From Escherichia phage PSD2002: a DNA stretch of 64,000 nt. The stretch's first letter is position 1, and every line of letters begins with the position of its first letter. Under the pieces are notes generated by a model. It was given only the letters and a program-made list of their open reading frames with translations, had not been told where the DNA came from and made no database searches. The translations under genes were made by a program, and so were the position numbers. This document shows positions 1 to 9,864 of the stretch, piece by piece. The stretch lies in sequence record OK335775.1. One strand, written 5' to 3'.

Positions 1-378
1 AAAGACTTCGATTTTGTAGCCGTGACTGCGCTAGGCGACTCAATTGATGCACTGCTGAATAGACAATTCAATTTGAATGCTTTGTTCCCTGGCGCATTCA
101 AGGAGATTCTGATGTGTGGTCATTCAGAATCAAAAGAAGACCTCTTCATAAGAGCTAAAAATACGTACGGTAAACGTATTAAGTTTTATGTTGATGATTT
201 GGCTCACCACTGTGATGCTGCATCTAATGTTCTCATGGATATCCAAGTTTATTGGTTAGCTCGTGGTGAACGTGACTTTAAACCTAATTTAGCCGTAAAG
301 GTTAATTCATGGGACGATATCGCAGCAATCGAATCCCTTCGTAATAATGCCGCAGTTGAATGGATTGCTCGAGGTTAA
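1..378 (+). CDS. hypothetical protein, 5'-truncated at window edge
   Basis: Frame 1 open from nt 1 to stop at 376-378; track ORF 22..378 starts at a non-ATG codon, so the true start is probably upstream of the window. Confidence 0.4.
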   Translation, partial: KDFDFVAVTALGDSIDALLNRQFNLNALFPGAFKEILMCGHSESKEDLFIRAKNTYGKRIKFYVDDLAHHCDAASNVLMDIQVYWLARGERDFKPNLAVKVNSWDDIAAIESLRNNAAVEWIARG

Positions 379-379
379 T

Positions 380-658
380 ATGTTTGTAGTTCATACAATT
401 TCAGACTATGGTCCTACCACTACAATGGATTATGGTCATGTAAACCAGTTTATTCGTCATGTGAATCATGATTACTCATTTGATGTAAATCCGGCTAAAG
501 ACCATCCTGTTTGGCGCGAATGCGTCGAACAGGGATTCATTTATGTCCACTTTATGTCCAAGTTCAAATCTGATGGGCGAATGAGATTTGTGTTCTCTTA
601 TCATAAGCGATTAGACTTGCTTTTGGCTGATGTGGCTTATAATAGAATCCATGACTAA
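380..658 (+). CDS. hypothetical protein
   Basis: Track ORF 347..658 trimmed to the ATG at 380 (MFVVHT...) preceded by GAGG; no recognisable motif. Confidence 0.45.
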   Translation: MFVVHTISDYGPTTTMDYGHVNQFIRHVNHDYSFDVNPAKDHPVWRECVEQGFIYVHFMSKFKSDGRMRFVFSYHKRLDLLLADVAYNRIHD

Positions 659-668
659 TGAGGTGATT

Positions 669-2195
669 ATGATTTTAGATATTTTAAACGAAATTGCTGC
701 TATTGATTCTACTAAAGCTAAAGAAGCCATTATTGCTCGTGAAAAGGACAATGAGCTTCTGAAACGTGTTTATCGTATGGCTTATACCCGTCGTCTGAAC
801 TACGGTATTAAAAAGTGGCCAGAACCTGGATTTACATCTCAATCCTTTGGTATGATTACTCTTGAAGACCTTCTTGATTTCGCTGAATTCACATTAGCCA
901 CACGTAAGATTACGGGTAATGCGGCTATTGAAGAACTGGCTCAAATCATTGCTGATGCTAAGGCCCCGGATGCCGAGGTATTACGTCGTGTAATGATGCG
1001 CGACCTTGAATGTGGTGCATCGATTTCTATTGCTAACAAGGTTTGGAAAGGTTTAATCCCTGAACAACCGCAGATGTTGGCGAGTTCTTATGATGAAGCT
1101 TTGATTAAGAAAAATATTAAATGGCCAGCGTTTGCTCAATTAAAAGCTGATGGTGCTCGTTGTTTTGCCGAAGTTCGTAACGATGGTGTGACATTCCTTA
1201 CTCGTGGTGGTAATGAATACCAAGGGCTTCATCTTTTAGCTGCTGAATTAATGGCGATGACCGAAGAAGCTCGTCAACGTCATCCTAATGGCGTTATGAT
1301 TGATGGCGAATTAGTTTACCATACTCCTAAAGTTGAACCTAAAGCATCTAATGATTTGTTTAGTATGTTTGACGAGGAACTTCCTGAATTAAGTAAAGCC
1401 AAAGAATTCCAAACTGTCGCCGATCGTTCTACGTCAAATGGATTGGCTAATAAGGCTCTTCAAGGAACTATCACCCCATCTGAAGCCGCTGGTATGGTAT
1501 TACAGGCATGGGATTATGTCCCACTGGATGTCGTGTATTCTGAAGGCAAAATTAAAGGTGATAAGTATGATGTACGCTTTACAGCCTTAGAACTTATGGT
1601 GGCTCATAATGTCGTATTGCATGGCACAACGCGTGTTGAAGCTATCGAAAACCAGTGGGTTAATAATCTTGAAGAAGCTAAAGTCGTTTATAAGAAATAT
1701 GTCGACCAAGGTCTGGAAGGTATTATCCTTAAGAACATGGACTCCTACTGGGAAAACCGCCGTTCTAAGAATCTTATCAAGTTCAAAGAAGTAATCGATA
1801 TTGCTTTAGAAGTGGTGGGTTATTATGAACACTCGAAGGACCCTAACAAACTAGGCGGTGTTGAATTAGTATCACATTGTCGTCGAATTACAAGTGACTG
1901 TGGTTCAGGCTTTAAAGATACCACCCATAAGAAAGATAAATCAGGTAAAAAAGTATTGATTCCATTGGAAGACCGTCCTGATTTAGACCGTGAACTTCTT
2001 ATGAAACAAGCTCGTGAAGGTAAGTTGATTGGACGTATTGCTGACTGTGAATGTAATGGTTGGGTTCATTCTAAAGGACGTACTGATACTGTAGGTATTT
2101 TCCTTCCAATTATTAAAGGTTGGCGTTTCGATAAAACAGAAGCTGATACATTTGAAGATGTATTCGGGTCGTGGGACCAAACAGGACTTAATTAA
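669..2195 (+). CDS. 30: ATP-dependent DNA ligase (T4 gene 30 homolog)
   Basis: Track ORF 630..2195 trimmed to MILDILNEIA...; KADG adenylation motif (AFAQLKADGARCFAEV); N-terminus and overall sequence closely resemble T4 DNA ligase as recalled. Confidence 0.9.
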   Translation: MILDILNEIAAIDSTKAKEAIIAREKDNELLKRVYRMAYTRRLNYGIKKWPEPGFTSQSFGMITLEDLLDFAEFTLATRKITGNAAIEELAQIIADAKAPDAEVLRRVMMRDLECGASISIANKVWKGLIPEQPQMLASSYDEALIKKNIKWPAFAQLKADGARCFAEVRNDGVTFLTRGGNEYQGLHLLAAELMAMTEEARQRHPNGVMIDGELVYHTPKVEPKASNDLFSMFDEELPELSKAKEFQTVADRSTSNGLANKALQGTITPSEAAGMVLQAWDYVPLDVVYSEGKIKGDKYDVRFTALELMVAHNVVLHGTTRVEAIENQWVNNLEEAKVVYKKYVDQGLEGIILKNMDSYWENRRSKNLIKFKEVIDIALEVVGYYEHSKDPNKLGGVELVSHCRRITSDCGSGFKDTTHKKDKSGKKVLIPLEDRPDLDRELLMKQAREGKLIGRIADCECNGWVHSKGRTDTVGIFLPIIKGWRFDKTEADTFEDVFGSWDQTGLN

Positions 2196-2365
2196 TGAAA
2201 GTTTATTTAGAAACAATTGTTATATCAAATACAAATATTACGGCAGTCTCTCAAATCATCCTTGATTTTGAGGACGAAATAGCTTTTGCCGATTTTAAAG
2301 ATACCTTCGATGGCTATGAAAAAGGCCCTACATTCGAAGTATATCGTACACTGTTACCACTTTAA
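2195..2365 (+). CDS. small hypothetical ORF (56 aa), start overlaps ligase stop (TAATG)
   Basis: ATG overlapping ligase TAA; open frame MKVYLETIVISN... ends just inside a terminator hairpin; below the 60-aa track cutoff. Confidence 0.3.
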   Translation: MKVYLETIVISNTNITAVSQIILDFEDEIAFADFKDTFDGYEKGPTFEVYRTLLPL

Positions 2366-2384
2366 GGCCTTCGGGCCTTTTCTG
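2364..2384 (+). terminator. stem-loop AAGGCC-TTCG-GGCCTT followed by a short T-run
   Basis: Perfect 6-bp stem with tetraloop, then TTTTCT, between ligase operon and alt1. Confidence 0.45.
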
Positions 2385-2415
2385 GCATAAATAAGGTTAT
2401 TAAAGAGGAATTATT

Positions 2416-4311
2416 ATGTCCGAACAATTGAATGAGGTATTTGATGGTGATATAAATTTATCTGCTGTCAATTTAAACCCTAAACTTAAAGTCCCACAGA
2501 TTTGGAATATAAAGGCTGAAGGTAACGAGAACCTTGTTGCCCGCATGGTTTCATATACTTCCGAAGGCGATGTAATTCGTCAGGTTAAGCCTGGTGACAA
2601 GTATGTTCATGTCGTTTTAATGAGCCTATCGGCTAAAGGTTCTCCTGCCGAACTCAAAGGTGGATTAGGTACCAATCCTATTTCCGCTATTCGTTCTATA
2701 TTTGATATCGTCTATGAACAGGTCAAGGCCCTTCGTATGGACGCTGTTATGTTCCGTTTTCCTACCAAGAAAATGAAAGGGCAGGAAAAAGCTATACAGA
2801 GGGTATTGGCTAAATTAATAGCCTCTAGAGCAGGCGGACAGTTTAAAGTTCTTGATGCCTTGTATCAATTCACCGGTAAGCATTCGTATGTTTTTATCTA
2901 TCGTAAAAATAAAAATATAGAATCTATAAATGGTATTCCTAATATTAATTTAGAATTGTATACTAAAGTCGAATCTGAAGTCGGTGACGTGTATGTTTCA
3001 AAGAAAACAGGCGAAGATGTTACCAAACTAGAAGCTATAGCTAAGTCCATAGACGAAATAGAAAAATCACGTTCTGATAAAACTGTTATAACCAAAACAA
3101 AGGTTTCTAAACGTGCTGCTATCAATGCTTTATATCCTACAGCAGAGCCTACAGGATTGAGTAAATTTTCGGCAGAGCACAAAAAAGCTTATGCAGATTA
3201 TTCTGCTACTAGTTCCGTTCATTCTTCTGAAGATTCTAAAGAAAGCCAAATAGCTTTAGCCAGTAATAAAATATTAAAAGACACCTCTAAAGAAATGGCA
3301 GAATATTTGGATTATATTTTTAACGGTGTTAATCCATCATTTGAAGTAGACGAGCGCAAACTTAAACTAATTGCTGATATAAAGTTTGCTTTAGAGGCAT
3401 CAGATTCTTTAGATAAATCTAATAGTGTCATAGAGGCTTTAAAATCAGGTAAATCTCATGTAGACATTCTTAGACTAGTCGCTGCGGCCCTTTTAGATGA
3501 TTCAGTTAAAGGTACTTGGGCTAGAGAATCTAAAATCAAGGAAGTAATAAAATCCTTAGTAGCAGTTTATACAAAATCTATCCAACCGTTGTTTAAGATA
3601 TCTGATAATCCTAATTTATCCAAACCTCAAGAAGAGGCAGTCAAAAAGTATACTCGTGGCGGCTACAACCATATAAACAACTTTTTGCTAGGTAAAACAG
3701 ATACCACCGATGAAATGATAAAAATGATTGGTGAGTTGGATTCTACATTTGAAAATGGTACAAAACTTCCTAAAGGAACCATAGTGTATCGTTCTCAGAT
3801 AATGCCTACCGAAATGGCTTTGAATTCTATAAAACATAAGGTGATGTATCTTCCTATTTTTGCATCAACTTCATTGGCTCCTAATATTTTCGGTGAAATG
3901 GGTCATGCTCAATCCAACTTAGACCCTGAAGCTCTTTCTAGCGATATAGATAGTAATCTTGAAGACACCATTAAAAGTGCGACCGGAAGTGCTAGAGATA
4001 CCATTAAGCTAGGGTTAATTATTAAAGGTGCTGATAAAATTAAGGTTATTGTGCCCGGTGACTTGGCTAATTGGTCTACAGAAACCGAAGTAATTCTTCC
4101 TCGTGGGGTTATGCTTAAGATTAATAAAGTATACGGTGCTTCCAAGGGACCTATGGGTTCAATTGGTAAATATGTTTTAGTGGAATGTGAAGTTGTAGCT
4201 ACCGAGCAAATCACAGAGGAAGATTCATATAGCACCGGATTCTCGTTTGGAAATTATGATAGAATTATGTATGAAGATTCTATGGAAAAATTAGCAAATT
4301 TATTTAAATAG
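2416..4311 (+). CDS. alt: Alt-like ADP-ribosyltransferase, paralog 1 (631 aa)
   Basis: RBS AAAGAGGAA; N-terminal block shared with the next two ORFs; C-terminal ART signatures VYRSQ, FASTSL, ETEVILPRG; position next to gene 30 as in T4. Confidence 0.8.
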   Translation: MSEQLNEVFDGDINLSAVNLNPKLKVPQIWNIKAEGNENLVARMVSYTSEGDVIRQVKPGDKYVHVVLMSLSAKGSPAELKGGLGTNPISAIRSIFDIVYEQVKALRMDAVMFRFPTKKMKGQEKAIQRVLAKLIASRAGGQFKVLDALYQFTGKHSYVFIYRKNKNIESINGIPNINLELYTKVESEVGDVYVSKKTGEDVTKLEAIAKSIDEIEKSRSDKTVITKTKVSKRAAINALYPTAEPTGLSKFSAEHKKAYADYSATSSVHSSEDSKESQIALASNKILKDTSKEMAEYLDYIFNGVNPSFEVDERKLKLIADIKFALEASDSLDKSNSVIEALKSGKSHVDILRLVAAALLDDSVKGTWARESKIKEVIKSLVAVYTKSIQPLFKISDNPNLSKPQEEAVKKYTRGGYNHINNFLLGKTDTTDEMIKMIGELDSTFENGTKLPKGTIVYRSQIMPTEMALNSIKHKVMYLPIFASTSLAPNIFGEMGHAQSNLDPEALSSDIDSNLEDTIKSATGSARDTIKLGLIIKGADKIKVIVPGDLANWSTETEVILPRGVMLKINKVYGASKGPMGSIGKYVLVECEVVATEQITEEDSYSTGFSFGNYDRIMYEDSMEKLANLFK

Positions 4312-4319
4312 GATAGATT

Positions 4320-6401
4320 ATGACCCAATTAAATGAAGTGTTCGAGTCCGAAGGTACACTGCCTGTTGTGAACTTGAACCCAAAACTTAAAGTACCTCAG
4401 ATTTGGAAGATTGGAGACGCGGAGTCTCAGTTAGTAGCACGTATGGTATCCTACGCTTCTGAAGGTGATGCTATTAAACAAGTTAAAATGGGTGATAAAT
4501 ATGCCCACGTTATCCTTATGAGCCTTTCAGCTAAAGGTTCGCCTGCCGAACTTAAAGGCGGCTTAGGCCCTACTCCTGTAGATGCGATTAATACTATTTT
4601 TGATGTGGTTTATGACCAAGTTAAAAAGCTTCGTATGGATGCCGTGATGTTCCGTTTCCCTACTAAGAAAATGAAAGGTCAAGGCCCTATCGTTCAACGG
4701 ATTATCCAACGTTTGGTAGCACAGAAAACCGGTGGACGTTTTAAAGTGGTTCCGGCTATGTACCAATTTACCGGTAAACATACTTACATCCTGGTAGTTC
4801 GTAAACAAGCTGATATAGAAGATATCAAAGGTATGCCTGGAATTAATGCTGAATTGTATACTAAGGTAGATTCTGATGTCGGTGAAGTTTATATTTCTAA
4901 AAAAGAAGGCGTACAGGTTACTAAAGAAACTGCTATCGCCGGTAGTATTGCTAAGGTTGAAGAACGTCGCACTGATAAAATGGTTATAACCAAGACTAAG
5001 ATTTCTCGACGTGCTATTGCAGCAAGTCAATCGTTAGAATCTTATCGTAATGAAAGTGGGCTGTTTAAGAAATATGAAGCTACTGCAGTAGATTTTAATA
5101 AACCGGCAACAGTTCCATTAATCCCTGAGGCCCAGGAAATGGTCACTAATAACAATTCTCCTGCGGCTAAAAATAAGGTTGCTAATATAGTAGCTGAAGG
5201 CACTGCTGAAGAATTGCATTACGACTATAAATTGTTCCCACTTCACGGTATTGGTGAAATCCAAGAGAAAATTAAAGAGAAAATTCTTACAGCTATCAAA
5301 AATGAACCTTTGACATCTGTTAAAGCCCTGGAAAAATATGCCTCTACCATTAATACCATTTTCGAAGAATATAAAGGCGAGTGGCTGGCTATCCATAACA
5401 GAACTCGTAAAGGCCAACCTGACGACGTCTGGAATGAATTAACCGAGTCCAAGTGGAAAGCAGCCAAGACTAAGTTCATTAAAAAACGTGTGTATAGTTT
5501 TGCTGGCGTAGGTGGTGGTATTATGGTCGATATTACTATTGCTCGTGAGGGCTCTAAATATACCCCATCACAAAAGCGCGGCATCAGAGAATATTGTGGT
5601 TCAGGATATACAGACATAAATAATCTTCTTTTAGGACGTTATAATCCCCAGAACTATGAGGTTATGAGCGAAAAAGATATCGAATCTGCAGTTAATAATT
5701 TGGATTCCGCTTTTGAAAATGGCGACCGTATACCAGAAGGCATCACAGTTTATCGTGCACAGAGTATGACTGCTCCTATATACGAAGCACTAGTTAAAAA
5801 TAAAGTGTTCTATTTCAGAAATTTTGTATCTACTTCTTTAACTCCTATAATTTTCGGACGTTTTGGTGTTACACACGCTGGTATTGGTCTTTTAGAACCG
5901 GAAGTTCGCAACGAATTGACAGTTGATAAAAATGAAGAAGGAATAACTATTAATCCTAATGAAATAAGAGCGTATAAGGAAAATCCCGATTACGTTAAGG
6001 TTCAAATAGGATGGGCCATTGATGGGGCTCATAAAGTTAATGTCGTATATCCAGGAAATCTCGGAATAGCAACTGAAGCCGAAGTTATTCTACCGCGTGG
6101 ATTAATGGTCAAAGTTAATAAAATAACAGATGCTTCTAATAATGATGGAACAACATCTAGTAATACAAAACTCATCCAAGCTGAAGTTATGACAACAGAT
6201 GAGCTTCAAGAATCTGTTGTATATGATGGTGATGTACTAATGGAAACCGGCGAGTTGGTCGTATATCAAGATGACTTCGATACTTCCGAAAGCCCCTTAT
6301 CTTTTGATTCATTTGTTAAATCTACACGGTTTGATGTACTGCCTCTTTTGGCTTCATGCATAGACCTCTATGACATCCCAGAAAAATTCATCCAAGGGTA
6401 A
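4320..6401 (+). CDS. alt: Alt-like ADP-ribosyltransferase, paralog 2 (693 aa)
   Basis: Same conserved N-terminal block; C-terminal VYRAQ, FVSTSL, EAEVILPRG; central region unrelated to paralogs 1 and 3. Confidence 0.8.
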   Translation: MTQLNEVFESEGTLPVVNLNPKLKVPQIWKIGDAESQLVARMVSYASEGDAIKQVKMGDKYAHVILMSLSAKGSPAELKGGLGPTPVDAINTIFDVVYDQVKKLRMDAVMFRFPTKKMKGQGPIVQRIIQRLVAQKTGGRFKVVPAMYQFTGKHTYILVVRKQADIEDIKGMPGINAELYTKVDSDVGEVYISKKEGVQVTKETAIAGSIAKVEERRTDKMVITKTKISRRAIAASQSLESYRNESGLFKKYEATAVDFNKPATVPLIPEAQEMVTNNNSPAAKNKVANIVAEGTAEELHYDYKLFPLHGIGEIQEKIKEKILTAIKNEPLTSVKALEKYASTINTIFEEYKGEWLAIHNRTRKGQPDDVWNELTESKWKAAKTKFIKKRVYSFAGVGGGIMVDITIAREGSKYTPSQKRGIREYCGSGYTDINNLLLGRYNPQNYEVMSEKDIESAVNNLDSAFENGDRIPEGITVYRAQSMTAPIYEALVKNKVFYFRNFVSTSLTPIIFGRFGVTHAGIGLLEPEVRNELTVDKNEEGITINPNEIRAYKENPDYVKVQIGWAIDGAHKVNVVYPGNLGIATEAEVILPRGLMVKVNKITDASNNDGTTSSNTKLIQAEVMTTDELQESVVYDGDVLMETGELVVYQDDFDTSESPLSFDSFVKSTRFDVLPLLASCIDLYDIPEKFIQG

Positions 6402-6404
6402 ATA

Positions 6405-8528
6405 ATGGAAAATTTAAATGAGGTTTTTGATAGTGATTCCGCTAAAAACTATCCAGTAACAAATCTTAAACCGGGTTCCGGTATTCCACAGATTTTCTCT
6501 ATCCAAGCACCAGGTAATGATAATCTGGTTGCTCGTATGGTATCTTATGCGTCTCAAGGAGACGCTATTAAAATGGTTAAGCCGGGCGACAAATATGTTC
6601 ATGTTATCTTAATGAGTTTATCTGCTAAAGGCGCTCCGGCAGAACTCAAGGGTGGTTTGGGTACCGATCCACTCGGTACACTGAACACCATTTTCGATAC
6701 CATATATGAACAAATAAACAAACTTAAAATGGACGCGGTTTTGTTCCGTTTCCCTACTAAGAAAATGAAAGGTAAAGGTCCTACCGTTCAGCGCGTATTA
6801 GCTCGCTTGGCTATGGCTCGTACCGGTGGTAAGTTTAAAGTTGTTGACGACATGTTCCAATTCAGCGGAAAACATACCTACGTTCTTTTAGTACGTCGTG
6901 GTGCTAGTATTGAAGATATCAAGGGTATGCCTGAAATTAATGCCGATCTTTATACTAAAGTTGAGTCTAAAGTTGGCGAAGTGTATGTTTCTAAGAAAAC
7001 CGGCCAGGCTGTAAGTAAGGTCGAAGCCGTAGCGGCATCTATTGCACAAGTTGAAGAGAAACGTACTGATAAGGCTGTCATTACTCGTACTAAGATTTCG
7101 CGTCGTATGGCAGCGGCGGCGCAGTATTCTACTGCTGAGCCTGAAACTTTGTCCTCTAAAGAATTGCAGGTTTATAACGAGTTTGAAGCTTCTGTACCGG
7201 TTCACACGGCTGAAGGCCCTGAGAACGAAGGTATTGAACAGATTAGTCAGAACTTTAAAAAAGGTGCCATTACTAAAATGCGTCAGGCTTCTCAGTTTAA
7301 ATCTAAGAGCGAGGACCTTGCCAACTTTAGATACACTATTGCTCTCACACACGCTTTAATGACTGATAGTAAATTTAAACTAAATTATGCTAATAGAGAT
7401 AAACAAGGGTTTGAAATTTACTCTAATAATATGGCATTTTTTAATACAGAAGTCGATAGACTTTTAAGTGGCCTTTCGCAAATCAATACAACCAATAGTC
7501 TGGATATTATTAAGAAAATTGTTAATAACCTGAGTACCCGTTTTAAGGGTTCCCCTTCAGAGAAAGCATCTAGAATTGCTTTCGCTATGGAAGCCGTTTA
7601 TAAACTGGTTAACGATTCTATTAGTGATGCATATGCTTATTCAGGCGAGCTCATTAAACCTAAGGACCTAACCAAAGATGAAAGCAATGCTATTATTGAA
7701 TATTGCGCGGCTGAATATGCTCCTATGAACTTATTCCTTTTAGGTAAACCTGAATCCGAAAACAATACAACGGCTATTAAATTGATTAAGGATTTAGACT
7801 CAGCATTTACTAAGGGTATTAAACTTCCTAAGGGTACTATTTTGTATCGTGGTCAGGATTTGCCATACAAAATTCTGCGCCATAATATCGATAACAAAAC
7901 ATTTTACTTTAAGAACTTTGTGTCAGCCTCATTAAAGCCTAACATCTTTGGTGAATTCGGTAAAAATTATATGGCCCTCGACAACCAAGCCGTTTTTGTT
8001 GGTGGTGAAGGTTCTTTGTCCTCCGCTGATGAGTTGTTTAAATTGGCTAGTGGTAGTTCATCTGATGTGGGTGAAGTCGATGACGAAGAGGTAGAATGGG
8101 AAGAAGACGAGTTTGGTAATCCAATTGCACCTGAAGGTCCTGCAGATAGAATTGCTGAAATTGGTATGGTTATTCGAGGTGCTGAAGCAGTTAAAGTTAT
8201 CGCTCCTGGTGACCTTACAGAATATGCCGAAGAAGCAGAAATTATCCTTCCGCGTGGATTATTGTTGAAGGTTGATAAAGTAGCGGCTTTTGCCATGAAT
8301 GATAGAGTATCTCACAAATACCTTATGGAAGCTACCGTAACGCCTCCTTCAGAGCTCAGCGAATCTGTTTACGATGGTGACCATTTGATGGAAACTGGTG
8401 AAGTTCGCCTGATGGATGGATTTAGTCAATTCTTGGTTAATGAATCCGTTTCTGAAAGCAACGAAGCTATGGAAATCCTTGCCGCGTCTTTGGATATCTC
8501 TTCTTTATCAAATAAATTCAAAATGTAG
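6405..8528 (+). CDS. alt: Alt-like ADP-ribosyltransferase, paralog 3 (707 aa)
   Basis: Same N-terminal block; C-terminal LYRGQ, FVSASL, EAEIILPRG; acidic insert (VDDEEVEWEEDEF). Confidence 0.8.
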   Translation: MENLNEVFDSDSAKNYPVTNLKPGSGIPQIFSIQAPGNDNLVARMVSYASQGDAIKMVKPGDKYVHVILMSLSAKGAPAELKGGLGTDPLGTLNTIFDTIYEQINKLKMDAVLFRFPTKKMKGKGPTVQRVLARLAMARTGGKFKVVDDMFQFSGKHTYVLLVRRGASIEDIKGMPEINADLYTKVESKVGEVYVSKKTGQAVSKVEAVAASIAQVEEKRTDKAVITRTKISRRMAAAAQYSTAEPETLSSKELQVYNEFEASVPVHTAEGPENEGIEQISQNFKKGAITKMRQASQFKSKSEDLANFRYTIALTHALMTDSKFKLNYANRDKQGFEIYSNNMAFFNTEVDRLLSGLSQINTTNSLDIIKKIVNNLSTRFKGSPSEKASRIAFAMEAVYKLVNDSISDAYAYSGELIKPKDLTKDESNAIIEYCAAEYAPMNLFLLGKPESENNTTAIKLIKDLDSAFTKGIKLPKGTILYRGQDLPYKILRHNIDNKTFYFKNFVSASLKPNIFGEFGKNYMALDNQAVFVGGEGSLSSADELFKLASGSSSDVGEVDDEEVEWEEDEFGNPIAPEGPADRIAEIGMVIRGAEAVKVIAPGDLTEYAEEAEIILPRGLLLKVDKVAAFAMNDRVSHKYLMEATVTPPSELSESVYDGDHLMETGEVRLMDGFSQFLVNESVSESNEAMEILAASLDISSLSNKFKM

Positions 8529-8558
8529 TTTACAACACCACAAGGATGTGGTACTATT
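8528..8558 (+). promoter_or_regulatory. sigma70-type early promoter (GTTTACA -35, 17-bp spacer, TACTAT -10) with an inverted repeat in the spacer
   Basis: GTTTACA at 8528-8534, TACTAT about 8552-8557; inverted repeat ACCACA-agga-TGTGGT at 8537-8552. Confidence 0.45.
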
Positions 8559-8585
8559 ACCTTACACAAACATGAGGAGAACATT

Positions 8586-8876
8586 ATGAAATCTGCATTC
8601 CGTTTTAATGGTCAAGAACTGGTAGTTGAAAACGTTATCCCTGCTTCCGAAGAGTTTGACAGTGCCGTAGGTAATGAATTACGTCGAGTTTTCGGTGAAG
8701 ACAAACAGTTTGATATCCGACCTGTTGAGAATTTTTCTTATCCAGAACAAACCGAAAACATTTTTAACGGTGTAGTGACAGGACAACTCGAATCTGAAGC
8801 TCCTATTTCTATCACGGTCTTTGTTAAAAAGCAGCCATTAATGACTGCAGCAGGTTTCATTTCGTTCCGTAAATAA
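8586..8876 (+). CDS. hypothetical protein (96 aa), alt-downstream position
   Basis: Track ORF with ATG and RBS GAGGAG; own early promoter upstream; no recognisable motif. Confidence 0.5.
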   Translation: MKSAFRFNGQELVVENVIPASEEFDSAVGNELRRVFGEDKQFDIRPVENFSYPEQTENIFNGVVTGQLESEAPISITVFVKKQPLMTAAGFISFRK

Positions 8877-8883
8877 ACCCCTA

Positions 8884-8909
8884 AAGGAGAGCATATGCTC
8901 TCCTTTTTT
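8884..8909. terminator. palindromic hairpin GGAGAGCATATGCTCTCC + T6 between convergent genes
   Basis: 18-nt perfect palindrome followed by TTTTTT; lies between the + ORF ending 8876 and gp54 ending 8911. Confidence 0.6.
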
Positions 8910-8910
8910 G

Positions 8911-9864
8911 TTATAACAGCCTCGATATTCCATTATTAATAGCACGCCCACCAAATGTATTAACCAATCCTGTTAATCCACTAGAAGCTCCTGAAAGTCT
9001 ACTTAATTTGGCCACTGAAGAACTCAGCGAATTGCTCTCACTTAGCCCAGCGACGCCTTTAATAATCTTATCTTCCAACCACTCATAAGCAGCTTGTTTA
9101 CCAACTGCACCCGTCTGTACACTTCTATAAGCAAATGTAACATCAAATGAAGCAATTTGGTTATCACCGTCGTAGGATAATTCCGGTGACGAAACACCAA
9201 CAGGAACACAACCATTAAGCATTACTACTGTATGGGGTAATCCATTACGAGAATGAAGGTTGACTTGAATGTCGGCTTCAACATCCTCGGGTAATGCTCT
9301 TAATTGTGTAATAGGGTCTTGAACACTATTAACCCAATCATTAAAAGCACGGTAGTTAGCAGCTTCAGAATCCATACGGAAGCTTAATACTAATGGAGAA
9401 TATTCTCTTCCGGTAATTTTGATGTTAGGTGAGTTGTGGTTCAAATCCATTTCATAGTTCAAAGTATTATCCGGGATTTTAACGGCGTGGACTAAAAGAC
9501 CTGCCGTAGGATAGGCCATATTGAAAAAATCCATCAGATATGTACCTACTTCAAACTCCCCTAGTAAGCTCTGCACAACCCTGGATGACATAGCTCCAAT
9601 CAAATATTTACTTATGCCTGACTTACGAATCAACTTCTGAGTGCCCGCTGTCACTAATGTCGTAACACCTTGGGTCAACTCTCCTTGTGTAATACCAAAC
9701 AAATCGCTATTCAATGGGATATTGTTAAATAAAGCTCCACCAAACTGGTCGAGGAGCGCTTGGGATTTAGAAGAAGGAACCGTAGCAAATACTACACTAA
9801 ACAGGTTATTCCTCTGTAGGTCAATATTAATTGCCTGGTTCTGAAATTCTTGTAAAGTATACAT
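8911..9864 (-). CDS. 54: baseplate tail-tube initiator gp54
   Basis: 317 aa (T4 gp54 about 320 aa); N-terminus MYTLQEFQNQAIN resembles T4 gp54; synteny 54-48-29. Confidence 0.8.
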   Translation of the reverse strand: MYTLQEFQNQAINIDLQRNNLFSVVFATVPSSKSQALLDQFGGALFNNIPLNSDLFGITQGELTQGVTTLVTAGTQKLIRKSGISKYLIGAMSSRVVQSLLGEFEVGTYLMDFFNMAYPTAGLLVHAVKIPDNTLNYEMDLNHNSPNIKITGREYSPLVLSFRMDSEAANYRAFNDWVNSVQDPITQLRALPEDVEADIQVNLHSRNGLPHTVVMLNGCVPVGVSSPELSYDGDNQIASFDVTFAYRSVQTGAVGKQAAYEWLEDKIIKGVAGLSESNSLSSSVAKLSRLSGASSGLTGLVNTFGGRAINNGISRLL

